A DNA stretch of 64,000 nt, taken from NCBI GenBank assembly GCA_010015585.1, contig ML975175.1; one strand, 5' to 3'. Both the position numbers and the translations under genes were made by a program. The notes beneath the pieces are model-generated. The model did no database searches and had not been told where the DNA came from. It was given only the letters and a program-made list of their open reading frames with translations. The first letter of the stretch is position 1. Each line of letters starts with the position of its first letter. The DNA comes from Eremomyces bilateralis CBS 781.70. Its lineage: Eukaryota. Of this stretch, positions 50,719-64,000 are shown piece after piece.

Positions 50719-52252
50719 GTTGTAACAATGGTTGGTCGGAATGGAATTTGGGAATTGATAAAACAGCAGAAGTAGCAAAAATCCCGTCAAACAGAGGTTC
50801 GGAAAGCAATAGTTAATATTTGGGGAGCGAAGGCGGATTTAAAAGCACCGCAATAAGGCGCTGCCCGACGTCACGCTTCGGGTTGCCGAGGGACGATTGA
50901 CGCATTCGAATGATTCGAATGAACGAGCGTCTGGCCAGCCCCACGAGCGCCGAAAGAGCGGATCACCAACCGTTTTTGGTTTGATGGGACAGGCTTGAAC
51001 AAGGAATCGGGCGGGAGGGGCAGGTTTCGACTCTCTAACTAGCTCGTGAAGATCCAGAAACCCTTTTTCGCCTCCGATGAGCTTACAGAACCCGGGGCAG
51101 AGGGGCATTTGTTATTTGTTGGGGCAGGAATGCTATCACCTCCGCTTATGCGAGGTTCAGCGAACGTCATACTTCCAACAGGGTCCCTTTCTCTTTTCAG
51201 TTTTCTGCCATAGAGGCATTGACTATGACAATGCGGAATGTTCCCATCCCAAATGATACCAGCCGATGAAGGGGAGATGCTGTATAGCATCGAGGGGTTT
51301 CCTCACCGATCTCGATTGCATGCATCCCCCAATTCCGCATCAGATTAACGTCGAACTCGAGCTCCGGTGGAGGTGGAAGATGTCACACAATGATGCCGCG
51401 GCAACGGCCCGATTGGTTCCGATGGCCTGCAGCCATGTTCCGATATCTTCCACTCGTGCGAGACCCGTCACCACCATATCCCTGGGAAGGACAGTTCCGT
51501 AGTGACAAAAAGATGACTTGGATTGATGTTCACCGTGACCGGATGAAGCCGCTAGGAATTGACGGGCCGTTTATGAACAGGAAAATCCATTGTTGACTCA
51601 CTGCTGTACTAGGATCTGATGACTGAAGGAGGTTGATTGTCCAACCGCACATGGATGCAAAGTTCTTGGGTGTATATTTAATCAATTGATGGAGAGATTT
51701 GAGAGCCCGGCCAGAAGGAGCTGTAGGACGCTTCTTGCGCTTCTGGTCTCTGCAGTCTGTACATTACGTTTGTTGAGGTTTCCACTAATTTTGGCCAGAT
51801 TTTGGCTAGGCACGTGGACTGCGAATATAACATTTGCACGTGCAAGAGCCACAGGTAACATCACATGATTCAATATCTGTGGTTAGACACGTGATGTAAT
51901 CCACGTGACTGGCTCTGGATCGACCAGGATAACGGCCTTGGCAAATACTCGTCAGTTGGTGACTAAACAGCAGCAAACTGGAAAGCATCCTCATCTCTCG
52001 CTCGAGCTATCAGTCTTATCACCCAGTCCTGGTATTATATCACTCCATCTTCATGCAGTTTTATGCTCCCCTCAAGCGAATCGCGTCTAGTTTTTGCCAT
52101 TAATACCCCTTCCGCCATTTTGAACCATCCGAATTGTCCCTTGCCGTTATTGCATGGGCCAACTCACCATTCCCCGTCCTTGCCGTCAACCCCGAGACTC
52201 TCCAACCCCCTTGGTGTCGAGGATCTGTATGTAGCCTCCTGGTATTCTCAAT

Positions 52253-54227
52253 ATGCCCTCCATCCTCTCCGACGACGACAAGCAAACCGTCAAACGAAAT
52301 GTCCCCAAAGCCTCGAACAAGATTCACGCCGTGGCAGTTGTGAAGCTGTATGTTGCATATCCCAACAGGCAGCGATGGACATATTCCGGCCTTCAAGGGG
52401 CGGCCGTTCTTGCGAATGACTTGGTAGGCAATACCTTTTGGATCAAACTAGTGGATATTTCGGTAAGTACTTGCCATTTAACAAAGTAGCCCTCTCACTA
52501 ATGCGGCACAGCCATCCAACCGTGGTGTCATATGGGACCAGGAGATATACGACACATTCCAGTACAATCAGGACCGGACCTTCTTCCACACCTTCGAGAT
52601 TGAGCAATGTCTTGTAGGCCTATCCTTTGCGGATGAGAAGGAAGCAAAGACTTTCCGGAAAAAGGTGGATGATCGGGAGAAGAATGCCCACAAGAACACC
52701 CAGCGCAAACCCTTTGGGACGACAGCAGCGAATGGACAGCCTCGCCAGGAGAAGCAACATCACCACGGAGGAGGAATTTTCAGTGGACTCTTTGGCCATC
52801 GACATACTACAAGTCATCCGGAGCCGACACAATCGATCATACCTCCGAAAGACATACGCGTCTCCTCGCCGACACCATCTCGCGTAATGCAAGAACCCCA
52901 GGAACTACCGTCGCGCCCAAAAGGCAACACTCTAGGTCTAGACCAGGATATCCTGAATGAGATCCGAGAAATGGGAATCACAGACGATCAGATCGAGGAA
53001 AATGCAGACTTTATCAAGATGTGGTTGGAACAGCGAAAGGCCAACCTCGCAGCGGAGGAAAGGACTCGTTCACGCGCTCCACCTCCACCTCCTCCAGCTG
53101 CACCCTCAGTGCAGCACCCAATTAGTCCTCAAGGGACTGGAAGCACCACCAGATCTTCCCGTGGTCCACCTCCAGCGCCACCTCCCGCACGGCGTGGAGG
53201 AGCCGCAGTTCGAGCTTCGTCTCCTTCTCCTCCTCCTCCGCCTCGTCGAGAAGTAACACCGCCCGCACCACCATCTGGACCCAAATTCCGTGTCCCACCT
53301 GCATTCGCGGATGCTGGTAAATTAGCGGCCGAAACCGCTGCCCCATCACGGCAACGTGGCAGGTCGACGTCATCAGCGAATCAAGGACCACCTCCGCCCC
53401 CGCGACCACCAAAGACGCCTCTCGACGAGTCCCAGGAGGCACCCTCGTCTCATAGATTTGCTGTTCCGCCGCCATTCACCGGTCCTCGCGCGACGCAACC
53501 GCCGCCTCCTCCTGCTCGAGGGGCCGCTCCATCGGTACCACCACCTCCGCCGGCCCGAGAGACTCCCGTTCCCGCAGCCGTACCTCCCGGACCACCGCCG
53601 AGGGCCAACGGTTCTCCTGCACCCCCACCGCTCCCGTCAATTCCTCGCCCAACACCACCTCCTCCGGCACCGGCTTCCTCTGCCCCCCCTCCCCCTCCTT
53701 TACCGTCGTCCGGCGCTCCCCCGCCACCACCCCTCCCCCAGACCTCCTCTCCACGTCCACCACCGCTTCCCCCTNNNNNNNNNNNNNNNNNNNNNNNNNN
53801 NNNNNNCCCTCCTCCTCCCCCTCCGCCTCCCCCGACCGGCGGCGCTCCCCCTCCCCCTCCGCCTCCCCCGACCGGTGGTGCTCCCCCTCCACCTCCGCTT
53901 CCCCCATCCGGTGGTGCGCCCCCTCCGCCGCCTGCCCCAGGTCCAGCGCCCGCTCTACCGACCCCGTCAGGCGGCCGCGATGGTCTCCTTGCCGACATCC
54001 GCGGCGGTGCGCGGCTCAAAAAGGTCACCGACACCGAGAAACGCGATCGGAGCGCTGCAGCTGTACCGGGTGGGGCAGCATCTCCATCTCCAGCCGCGGC
54101 TTCGGGTGGCGATTCGGCGGCGGGAGGTCAGGAAGGGCTGGCAGGAGCGTTGGCTCAGGCGTTGGCGAAGAGGAAGGGGAAGGTTGGTGATAGTGATGAT
54201 GAGAAGAGTGACAATGACGACTGGTAG
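52253..54227 (+). CDS. LAS17: WASP/Las17 actin nucleation-promoting factor
   Basis: WH1 (MPSILSDDDKQTVKR..FWIKLVDI..WDQEIY..FHTFE), polyproline region, WH2 GRDGLLADIRGG.LKKV, acidic DDW terminus; N-gap 53775-53806. Confidence 0.95.
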
Positions 54228-54584
54228 CGGTAGCGTTCCTGGGAACAAAAGTTAATGGGGAAAAGACGATCGTACAGTAGATGTGATAGGTTGGGTTCAA
54301 ACTCGTAATAGCGGGTAGAAGCATATGATACCAAAATTGCCGATAATTATCCAATATATACGGAGTAATGTCTATGAACTTCGATTCCTACTGGTATATT
54401 CGTGGAATCTTCAACCCCCAATCTTAATATTGATCGCATCCCCGGACCCTTTTCACATGGAATGACCGGGGGGGTATGACGGGGGATTTTACAACTTGCC
54501 AGGGATAGACAGAGCGGCCGCAACACCAAGCTCGACGCTCTCAGAATATCACGGGCGATGATTTCGTTGATCGGCTTACGCGAG

Positions 54585-56569
54585 ATGGATACTCTAGGTT
54601 CAATCCTACATAATCCACTTCTTGCTCTCTCCCTCGCTTTTGCTATCGCTTTAGGATTCTTCGCTCTGCAGCAATGGCTGTTCCCAACTCCGGAGAAGTC
54701 GGTTCCGTCCTTCACTGTGCCTCTGCCAGCCGCATGCAAGTCTGACTGGAAAGGCGAGGAGCTACTCAACCCTACAGTCAAGGTAAGCAGTTGTGTCGGA
54801 TGAATGAGGAATAAATCAACTCTAATTGGTATCAAGGTTTCTGGATCCTCCCTTATTCAATGCTACTGTCCAGCGAGCGGTCAGCTACTCGGCCGCATCA
54901 ACCCTGTGACCCGTGATGGAATCGACCGCGCAATCGCAGCAGCAAGTAAAGCACAGAAGCAATGGGCGAAGACGAGTCTTACAGAGAGGAAAAGGGTGCT
55001 GAAAACAGTGCTTCGGTATGGGCTCCCGGATCTTTCCTAGCAGATGCGAGACTACCCCTCAGAAGATAAATGCTAATCCTGTTTGCATATCCACAGATAC
55101 ATCCTACACAACCAAGAAGCGATCGTAACAGCAGCATGCCGCGACACGGGCAAGTCGCGGGTGGATGCCATCTTCGGCGAGATCATGGTCACGACGGAGA
55201 AGTTGCAATGGACTATCACGAATGGCGAGAAAGCTATAAAGCCAAGCAGGCGGCCGACAAATTTTCTTATGATGTACAAAAAGAACACTGTTGCATACGA
55301 GCCTCTAGGTGTGGTTACTGCGCTGGTATCCTGGAAGTACGCTCACGAATGGATCCTATGTCTATTCGAGTCTAACAATTGCCCAGCTATCCATTCCACA
55401 ACGCTCTCTCACCTGCAATTGCCACGCTCTTCACTGGCAATGCCCTCGTCCTTAAACCATCCGAACAGGTCGCGTGGTCTACCGCGTACTTTGTCTCGAT
55501 CCTCCGCGCCGCCCTCACTGCCACCGGCCATTCCGCAGACCTCATCCAGAACATCCCGTGCTGGCCCAACACCGCCTCCCACATTACCTCCCACCCCGAC
55601 ATTTCTCACATCACTTTCATTGGCTCCCGCCGCGTCGGTCACCTCGTGGCTGCCTCCGCTGCGCAATCCCTCACCCCCACTGTCATCGAGCTGGGCGGCA
55701 AAGACCCTGCGATCGTGCTGGATACGGTGGCCGATAGCGGGTCGGAGCTCTCCCGGGTCGCGGACATCCTCATGCGTGGCACATTCCAGGCTTCCGGACA
55801 GAACTGCCTCGGCATCGAACGTATCATCGCCACTCCCCGCGCCTATAACGCCCTGCTGTCCGTCCTCCCGACCGCCGTTCGCTCGCTGCGTCAAGGCGAT
55901 CCGCTATCCGACGAACCGGTCGACGTCGGCGCCATGGTCTCCGACGCGCCGTTTGCGGAACTGGAAGCCTTGATCAAAGATGCGGTGACGCATGGCGCGA
56001 AGCTCCTAGCCGGCGGACAAGCGGGGAAGGTGTCATCGGCGCCCAATGGGCATTTCTTCGCCCCAACGCTGTTAGTCGATGTCACACGGGAGATGCGGAT
56101 TGCGCAAGTGGAGCTGTTTGCGCCGGTGATGGTCGTGATGCTGGCGAGGGGTGTGGATGATGTGATCGCCATTGCGAATTCGACGCAATATGCGTTGGGG
56201 GCATCGGTGTTTGGAAGCGCAGGAAGCAAGGATGTCAGGCGCGTGGTGAAGGAGGTAAGGGCAGGGAATGTGTCGGTGAACGATTTCGGGGTGTTCTATG
56301 CCGTGGGGATGCCTTTTGGCGGCGTAGGTGGGAGTGGGTATGGGAGATTTGGCGGTGAAGAGGGATTGAGAGGGCTGTGTAATGTGAAGAGCATATGTGA
56401 GGACCGTTTTTGGGGAGTCAAGACGCCCATTCCAGGTCCCCTGAGGTTGCCTTATGATGACGTAAATGAGGCCTGGAGGGTTGTGAGGGGTGTCATCGAA
56501 GTTGGATATGCAACAGGTTGGATGTGGTGGAGAGGACTGGGGAGGGTCGTTGGCATTATCAAGAGTTAA
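54585..56569 (+). CDS. Aldehyde dehydrogenase with N-terminal TM anchor (Msc7-like); spliced
   Basis: IQCYCPASG, YEPLGVV..SWNYPFHN, KPSEQ, ITFIGS, ELGGKD, GQNC, ELFAP, PFGGVGGSGYGRFGG. Confidence 0.9.
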
Positions 56570-56794
56570 GGAGCAGCAAAGATGGTCCCAAAACAAGTAT
56601 CTGAGAGCATCGTGTTCTGCTTTCTATTTACTCGTATAAAATGTAAGCGATACCCTTAATGTATGCCCAAAGCTTCCACTATTTAGGATACCCGATGTGC
56701 CGAAACGCCGAACTATATTCGCATCGACATTGAGAGGAAAGGCATGAAATGGAGTCACGTACTCATCGGTGCAGATCAGCCCATGAATATCGTT

Positions 56795-57846
56795 TCAGCC
56801 AAGGTTAGCCGGGGCTGTGGTCGCTGGGCCTTCCGCGGTGATATAGGCCTTGAGAATGTCAGATGTTGGTACAGAATGCGCCGGGGGAGTAGGATATCTG
56901 CTCACCTTGCTCATACCACCGTCGATGACGAAATCTGTTCCATTGACGAAACTACTTTCATCACTCGCTAGAAATAGAACCCCTTGCGCCTGCTCAATCG
57001 GCTCACCGAAACGACCAGTCGGGAAATGGATCTCTCTCCTCTTTCGCTTCTCAGCATCATCTCCCAGCCAGTCCTGCAACAGCGGGGTGTTTAATGGCGC
57101 CGGGCACAGGGAGTTGAATCGGTATCCCTCCTTTGCATGGACAACTGCCAGTTCCCTGGTCATGGCCAAAACCGCCCCCTTGGATGCCGTATATGCGAGC
57201 TGCGGTGTCGCTGAACCGACGAGTGCAACCACGCTAGCAACATTGATGATCGAGCCCTTTGTCTTTTTATGCTTTCGCAACGCCAACACGGCATGCTTGG
57301 AACCGAACCACACTCCTTTGACGTTGATGGAAAAGGTCATATCCCAGATTCTCTCGGGTGTCTCAACCGCGTCGGCGTCGTCAGCGTGCATGATTCCGGC
57401 ATTGTTGAATATAACATCCAAACCACCAAACTCATCAAGTTTTCCCACAGCCTCAGCAACGGAATCCTCATTGGACACATCGCAGATGGTGCTCATAGGT
57501 GTAATAGCATTGGGGTACAGCTTCGTAACGGTTCCCACAGCCTTTTCGAGGGCAGGTCCGGAGATATCGGCCATCAAGACACGAGCACCTTCACGGACGA
57601 ACAAGATCGTGGTCTGAAGACCAATTCCACTGTGTCGAATTAGACATTCTGAAGCAAAATTCGCGACTCTGCCTGGCCATGTACAGGCACAATGGCAGTA
57701 AATCAGAATAACAGAAGGACCGGGCGGAAGAATGCCGGATTCCAAGGGCAAGGACGGAACGAAATGAACTAAAGCACATACCCGGCAGCGCCGGTAACCA
57801 TGGCATTCTTGCCAGCTAATCGGCCTTTAGGTGCTTCCGATGCCAT
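56795..57846 (-). CDS. Short-chain dehydrogenase/reductase (Rv2857c/SCO1611-like subtype); spliced
   Basis: RLAGKNAMVTGAAGGIG, FNNAGI, YTASKGAVLAMTRELA, LCPAPLNTPLL, FLASDESSFVNG..DGG. Confidence 0.92.
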
Positions 57847-58969
57847 AATGTATTCCTGACGAATTCCACACTCTTGAATTGAAATGGGCAGATAAACGAA
57901 AGGGTTAGGATGAGGATTATCCTCGCGCCGCCAGAAGTTAAAGAATACGCGGAATATAAAAATCGAGGCTTTTGACTTCGAGTCCACGGAGTAATGGTGA
58001 TATTCTGCTTGCTACAGTATTAATGAATGATGAATGTCGTGGAATAGCTCCAGTCAGTGTGAAGTCGGACTATCCGTGTGACGGGATGACTCCGCTACCG
58101 CCATTATTAGATAAGACCATGGACACTGGACAGTGGAGCCAAGGAATAGCTGTTGTCGGTCTACCAGTCGGTGCAGTCCGAACTCCGAAGGTGTTGCATT
58201 GTTAGCTTCCTCGAAGACAGGTCTCCCAAGCTCCGACAGCCCGGATCGACCGCCCTATAAGGGGTCAAACATGCAGATAAATGACTTCTCCTAAAGCCAT
58301 CATGTTAATTGCTTGCCAACGTTAGCTGTGAATCATGAAGCGACGAGATGATATGGAGTGCATCTGTGCATGAACGACACGAGTCATGTGATTTGACCAG
58401 GTCAGATTGGCATGACGTAATTGCTGCGGCTGCTGAGGCCGGGCTGCTGTGGCAGTTGGTGCCTTGCAGACTTTGGTTGATGCCTCAACATGCAGCCAAG
58501 CGGTGCAACAAGGACGTCTTATCAGAAGTTGATCTTTGTGCACGATATGCAGTTTTCAATGTGAAAGGTTTTGTTTCTAAATCACAATAGAAAGGAAACC
58601 TAGGAGTGGAAGTCCGACTGCTTGGCGTGGGAACTTAGGTGGCTTTTTTAGTCGTTTGTCTCCCTTAACTTTATCAAACCAACTCCATCCTTCCCAGATT
58701 CCTGATTTCATCTGAGGCAGTCGACGGACTCCCACTCTCCACTCCACCTACGTAGTAGTATCAGTCATCAGAGACACTCTAGGTCCACGACGATTCCCTA
58801 CGGCTACTGATACGTAGAACGAAACAAATCCTCTTTGCATGCATAGTTCTCCTCTTTCGAATGAATTAGCGAATTGATATCTACTTCAATCTCTCCGCTA
58901 GACTACCATTTGTCGCGCCATCTCCATTATTCTTACTTCACTTCGCTCCAGTTCCTCCTCCACAGCACC

Positions 58970-60789
58970 ATGCCTAATATCGAACCGGACAAGATCACCC
59001 CCGAAAACGTTGCCGAGCTTCTTAGAGATGATGCCGCCGTCAAAGTCGCGGGCCTCGACGTGGATGGCATGCTCCGCGGCAAGCTCATGGCCAAGAAAAA
59101 GTTCCTATCTGTCGTTCACACTGGATTCGGGTTTTGCAGCGTCCTTTTTGGATGGGACATGCACGATCAGACCTACAGGAGGGAGCTGGGAATCAGCAAC
59201 AAAGAGAATGGATACCACGACATAATAGCCAAGGTAGACTTAGCGAGCTTTAGGAGAATTCCTTGGGAGAATGATGTGCCTTTCTTCCTGGTGAGTTTCT
59301 TCGACCCGGATACTGAGGAGAGCTTGAGCGCATGTCCAAGGAGCGTGTTGAAACGGGCGGTGGATAAGCTGGCGGGTGCGAATATGAGTGCTATGGCAGG
59401 AGGTGAGTAGTGATCCCGTCAATATACCCGTCAATATTATCCCAACCCCCGAGACACCAGTCCTTCGTGTCTCCTGTCAAGAGAGACTGGACATATGTCT
59501 AGTGTACATCTCGTTTACGAAGAGTCCGTTACGTCCATTGCATACGTGTACCACTCAAATACCCCCAATGGGGCAAAAATGTGTTCATGAATGCCACAAT
59601 CTTACCATTCTGTAGCCGAATATGAATTCTACCACTTCCGAGTTCCTCCAACAGAAGCATCGGTTGCGTCATCCGGGATGTCGCAGGATCCCCCTCCACA
59701 AGCCATGGCTTTCCTGCGTGACAACCCGCCTTGGAAGCTACCTGCCATGACGGAGGGAATGTTCGGATATAGCATTTCGAGACCAACCCATAATAAAGAC
59801 TACTATTACGAGACCTTCAAAACTTGCGACCAGTTCCGATGCCCCATTGAGGGCTGGCACACGGAGAGCGGGCCAGGTGTATTCGAGGCGGCATGTTCAT
59901 CGCATTTCTGTTGAAGACGAAGGTCAAGGCTGACTACTTCCAGGCACTCTGTTTCACGGAGATCTGTGAAATGGCCGACCGAGCCGCACTTTTCAAGTAC
60001 ACGGTCAAGTCTCTTGGAACCAAATACGGCGTTCTCCCCTGCTTCATGGCCAAACCACGAGCCAACCTCCCGGGCAACTCCGGCCACATGCACATCTCCC
60101 TCGTATCCGCCAGTTCACCATCTATGAATCTCTTCGTCCGCGATTCCCCTGACCCGAACCCTCCCTACCCCGACCTCGTCTACCTCAGCGACACCGGCCG
60201 GCAATTCCTCGCCGGCGTGCTTCAGGCCCTCCCCGAGATCATGCCACTTTTCGCTCCCACGGTGAATAGCTACAAACGGTTGGTGGAGAACTTCTGGGCC
60301 CCGGTGAGCGTGTCGTGGGGACTGGAACATCGCGCCGCCTCGGTGCGAGTCATAACGCCCCCATCCTGCTCTCCGAAGGCAACGCGGTTGGAGATCCGAA
60401 CGCCGGGTGCGGATACTAATCCATATTTCGCTCTGGCGGCCATCCTCGCGGCGGGCTATCGAGGCATCGAAAAAAAATTGGATATTGCGAACGCGGAAGG
60501 CGTCCCGCCGCCCCTGAGCAGGGGAGATGGGATGGGAGGTGAGGCGGATCGGGGTGAGAGGTTGGCGAAGGGGCTGGGTGAGGCGACGAGACGGTTCAAA
60601 GAAGGCAAAATTGCAAGGGAGCTGTTTGGCGATCAGTTCGTCGAGCATTTTGCTGGGACGAGAGAACATGAGTGGAGACTATGGGAGGAGGCGGTTACGG
60701 ATTGGTACTATGATCCGGTCTTCTTGTTTACGCATCCACCACTGACTTCTAGCATTAGGGAGTTCCAACGATATGTTGAGACGGTCTAA
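58970..60789 (+). CDS. Glutamine-synthetase-like gamma-glutamyl ligase (GlnA4/PuuA type); spliced, one GC-AG intron
   Basis: DVDGMLRGK, FCSVLFGWDMHD, HTESGPGVFEA, FMAKP..GNSGHMHISL, PTVNSYKRL, WGLEHRAASVR, LEIRTPGADTNPY. Confidence 0.92.
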
Positions 60790-60989
60790 GTCAAGCACCG
60801 ATCCTTGGACTACACGATGATCTTAGATGAGATTCTCACATTTACTAGAAACATCTTTGCAAGATATGTCCGAAGTCGAACCGGAATGGGGGGTTATGAC
60901 TTAAATCTTGAATAATCTATTGGCATCACTTGTCCAACAAAATCACCATTGCATCAACCCAGTCAGTCATGAACTCAAACGATACAAAA

Positions 60990-62888
60990 TTATACAGCGT
61001 CACCTCCGCCATCGTCGTCTATTTGCCTACCCCGTCGTTTCCACCATCTCAACTTAAACCAACCTCCAAGACCGTCATCCCCCCTCTCCTGCGCGTTCCC
61101 ATTGCTATCGCCACCAAGCCAACTCCGATTTCGCCCATGATCCACCAACAGCTCTTCCCCTTCTGTATCCAGATGGTCGTTGTCCTGCGAAATACTCGGC
61201 CGCTGCATGCGATCCCACCACCTCTGTCCCGTGGTCCTGATCGTTCCGAAATCTAGCCCAAGCGCAGTGGCTCGACGGTTCGGCCCGCCCATCATACGAG
61301 CTCGCCGAGCTCTCCGAGACACGGGGGAACGAAGAGAACCGCGGCTGGGTATCATACTGGCTGAGCTGCGTCGCATCGAGTCCTCTCCTCGGTCGTTGAG
61401 CTCGTCCCAGATCTCGGCGGCATCTTCTGGAACGTTCAGTGTCAAGCTCCTCGGTCTTACGGGACGATTCTTGAATGATAGTGAGCGATCAGTGACGGGA
61501 GAAAGGGATTTAGGTGTTGATATGTTCGGGTGACGAGGGCGAGTGCGCAGGAGTGGTGTAGTTTCACTGTGTCCAGGGTGAGGACGATCTCGAGTTCGAG
61601 GTCTTACTGGAACTCCACTCTCGACATCCTCGGCATAAGTTCTTGAAAAGCGTGCATGGCGGTCACGCTCAGTCTCTGAGACTGCTTCATCCTCGAACTC
61701 GAGAAGTTCAGGGCCGGGGGTGAGAACCGCACTTGGTGCGGTCAAGTGAGAGGTGATTCGGGGGCGCCCTTGCGGAGCCTTGCCGAGACCATGCTCGTCT
61801 TCTAGTCGCCAGCTGAGGGCGAGAACCCCGGAAAGTAATATAGCGGTTCCCAGCGCGATGAGACCTGCATCCAGAGAGGGGAGCCGAGATGCTTGGTGGA
61901 AGTATATGAGACCGTTGAGAATGGATACAATGTTATAAATGCAGAACACGAACGGGTATAGCACGCTTGTAGAGACGATCCGCAGACCAAGATGCAGACA
62001 GTATAGCTGGAGTAGAGCAAACCCGAGAAGACCAAGAAGGATGATCCAGGATTGCCACCGGTTAAATTGATTGTTCCGGTCGCTGATCGATCGAACAAAC
62101 AACTCAACGGCCGACTTGGCGATCAACAGTCCATGTGCCGAGAGCACTCCGCTCAGGAAGCCAAAGCACATGCCGCGGAAAAGTCGCATCCGTGGAGTTG
62201 CCGGGTTGAAGAGGCGATTCGATACCCAGATGGTAACCGCGACGATGGCCATGACGAAGAATGTCCCGAAGAACCAGACCAGGAACTCGGGGCGCACCAT
62301 GAGAGACAGAAGCTGGTCCAGGTTATGGGACGGTTCACTCAAAGCTCCAAAGTAGGCGATAAGACCGGCGCCTCCTGCGACGAGGATCGTCCCAGCGAGG
62401 GAATAGTATGTGAACGGCTCTTTGAGCATGACCGAGGCGCATATCGTGTTGAAGACCAGGCCACTCTGTTGAAACCGTGAATACTCGGCATTTCCCATGA
62501 CTTTCCAAGAACACTTACAGCATGAAGTGTCGACAACACCGGCAGGGGTAGCATCGTGATTTGGATTGTGCTTCCGATGAGGTTCGCGAGGATGAACATG
62601 GCCATGCCGAGCTGCGAAACGGTCAGCTAGGGTCGTCCAACATCAAATCGGGGTCCTTACCTGCCACCGCCGTCGCCGGTATGGCGGTCTGCGGGTATGT
62701 TGATGCTCCTTCTCATCTTCGATCATGTGCGACTTGCGCTGCAACGTCAGGCCGATGCTTTGCGCGCATGTTGAAATGAGGCCGACGAGGACGCCGATCT
62801 GGATGTCCGTGGATCAGTCCCGGTGCATCAATGCTCGGATGATTCGGTGGCATACCGCTATAGTCGCTCCCGGCGACAAGCCCCCCAT
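60990..62888 (-). CDS. NIPA/DUF803 Mg2+-transporter-like membrane protein; spliced
   Basis: QSIGLTLQRKSH, RRRWQLGM.MF..N..GS, LPLPVLSTL, SGLVFN, VLYPFVFCIYN. Confidence 0.85.
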
Positions 62889-63533
62889 TATGTGCCTGAC
62901 AAAGAATCCGGGGATGCTACCGGTGGGGAGGCGGCATGCTTGGAGGTGTAGCTGAAGGAGCGGATCGTTGAACTAAAGGATGCCCGCAGATCGCGTTCTT
63001 CCCGTTCCTAGGGCAAAATATATGATGCCATTCATAGATATATCCCAAGCAAGCTGGAGTTGGGTATGAGGGATACAGAGCAGGATGGCAGGCAAATGAC
63101 CGTGGATCACTACCCCGGATGGTCTGATGAACACACCGTATACAAGTAACTTGGCTACAGTAGCGGTGATGCCAGTGGAACCGTAATTAGCTGCAGCGAT
63201 GGCTGGACTGTGGCTGTGCAATATATATTATTTCATGCCTGAGGCAACAACATTGCCAAACTGTGGCTGACCTAGGCCGAAATAGGATGGTCCGTGCACT
63301 ACAGTTCAAGCAAGTCCGCCAAGTCGGAGTGTTTGGTGGTCCAAGCTCCTGATCCTTGCATCGTCGGTCATCCATCCACCTCCAAGTGATCCAACTGGTT
63401 ACAGGACGCTCCAGGCCTCCTCGACCCGACATCTCGAGCTCTTGACCACCTTTCCTCCACATAACTTTCTCTCAATTCCTCTTCCGACCTTCAAGACACC
63501 TCTAGTAGTGTGATCGGGCCATCAACTTCCACA

Positions 63534-64000
63534 ATGTCGCAAATTCACGCCATGTCCGACGATCAGGTAAGTGCTCCACAGCCCATCGACGACATGTTAT
63601 CTCATACCCCTTCTACCCAGGTCGCCGGCGAACTCAAGAAGATGACCGCATTCATCCGTCAAGAGGCTGTGGAGAAAGCCAAGGAGATCCAAAACAAAGC
63701 AGACGAAGAGTTTGCCATTGAGAAATCGCGACTCGTCCGCTCCGAAACCGCCTCCATCGATGCTTCATACGAGAAGAAGTTCAAGCAAGCCAGCATGTCC
63801 CAGCAGATCACAAAGTCCACCGTCGCGAACAAGAGCAGACTACGGATATTGAGTGCGAGACAAGAGCTGCTCGATGATCTGTTCGAGCAAACGAGCGGGA
63901 AACTCGATGCCGCCATCAAGGACAAGAAGAGATACGAAGCAACCCTGAAGGGGTTGATACTAGAGGGGCTGTATGCGTTGAATGAGAGCAAGGTGGAGTT
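63534..64000 (+). CDS. VMA4: V-type ATPase subunit E (partial; runs off the window)
   Basis: MSQIHAMSDDQ-VAGELKKMTAFIRQEAVEKAKEI..ADEEFAIEKS..NKSRLRILSARQ. Confidence 0.95.
   Translation, partial: MSQIHAMSDDQVSAPQPIDDMLSHTPSTQVAGELKKMTAFIRQEAVEKAKEIQNKADEEFAIEKSRLVRSETASIDASYEKKFKQASMSQQITKSTVANKSRLRILSARQELLDDLFEQTSGKLDAAIKDKKRYEATLKGLILEGLYALNESKVE

Noticed and set aside
57847..58969. Five HGATAR (AreA-type) sites in the SDR/GS divergent promoter
   Set aside because: Close to chance expectation for 1.1 kb; not evidence on its own

Overview
Intron-rich fungal (Pezizomycotina-like) genomic DNA with two N-gaps. The first ~23 kb is a transposon-invaded accessory region. It opens with the 3' end of a hAT element and a divergent MFS transporter/TauD dioxygenase pair. 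Next is a short-chain dehydrogenase gene split into three pieces by 17.2 kb of insertions: a piggyBac-type element with CCC..GGG ends and a 2-bp TSD, and a Copia retrotransposon (TSD TAACA). The Copia 5' LTR is itself interrupted by a 9.35-kb TGTCGCAA..TTGCGACA element (TSD GGTTT) with no recognisable intact mobility gene, carrying an intact PAS hybrid histidine kinase and a Myb/SANT gene. The rest is mostly housekeeping: divergent RPD3-type HDAC, GH7 relic, Tc1 deletion derivative, bacterial-like phosphotransferase fusion, dienelactone hydrolase, CTP synthase (with an AT-AC intron), ArsB-like transporter, malate synthase, WASP/Las17, Msc7-like ALDH, a divergent SDR/GlnA4-like gamma-glutamylase pair resembling the actinobacterial glnA4 operon, a NIPA transporter and V-ATPase subunit E. 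All calls were read by eye; no searches were run.
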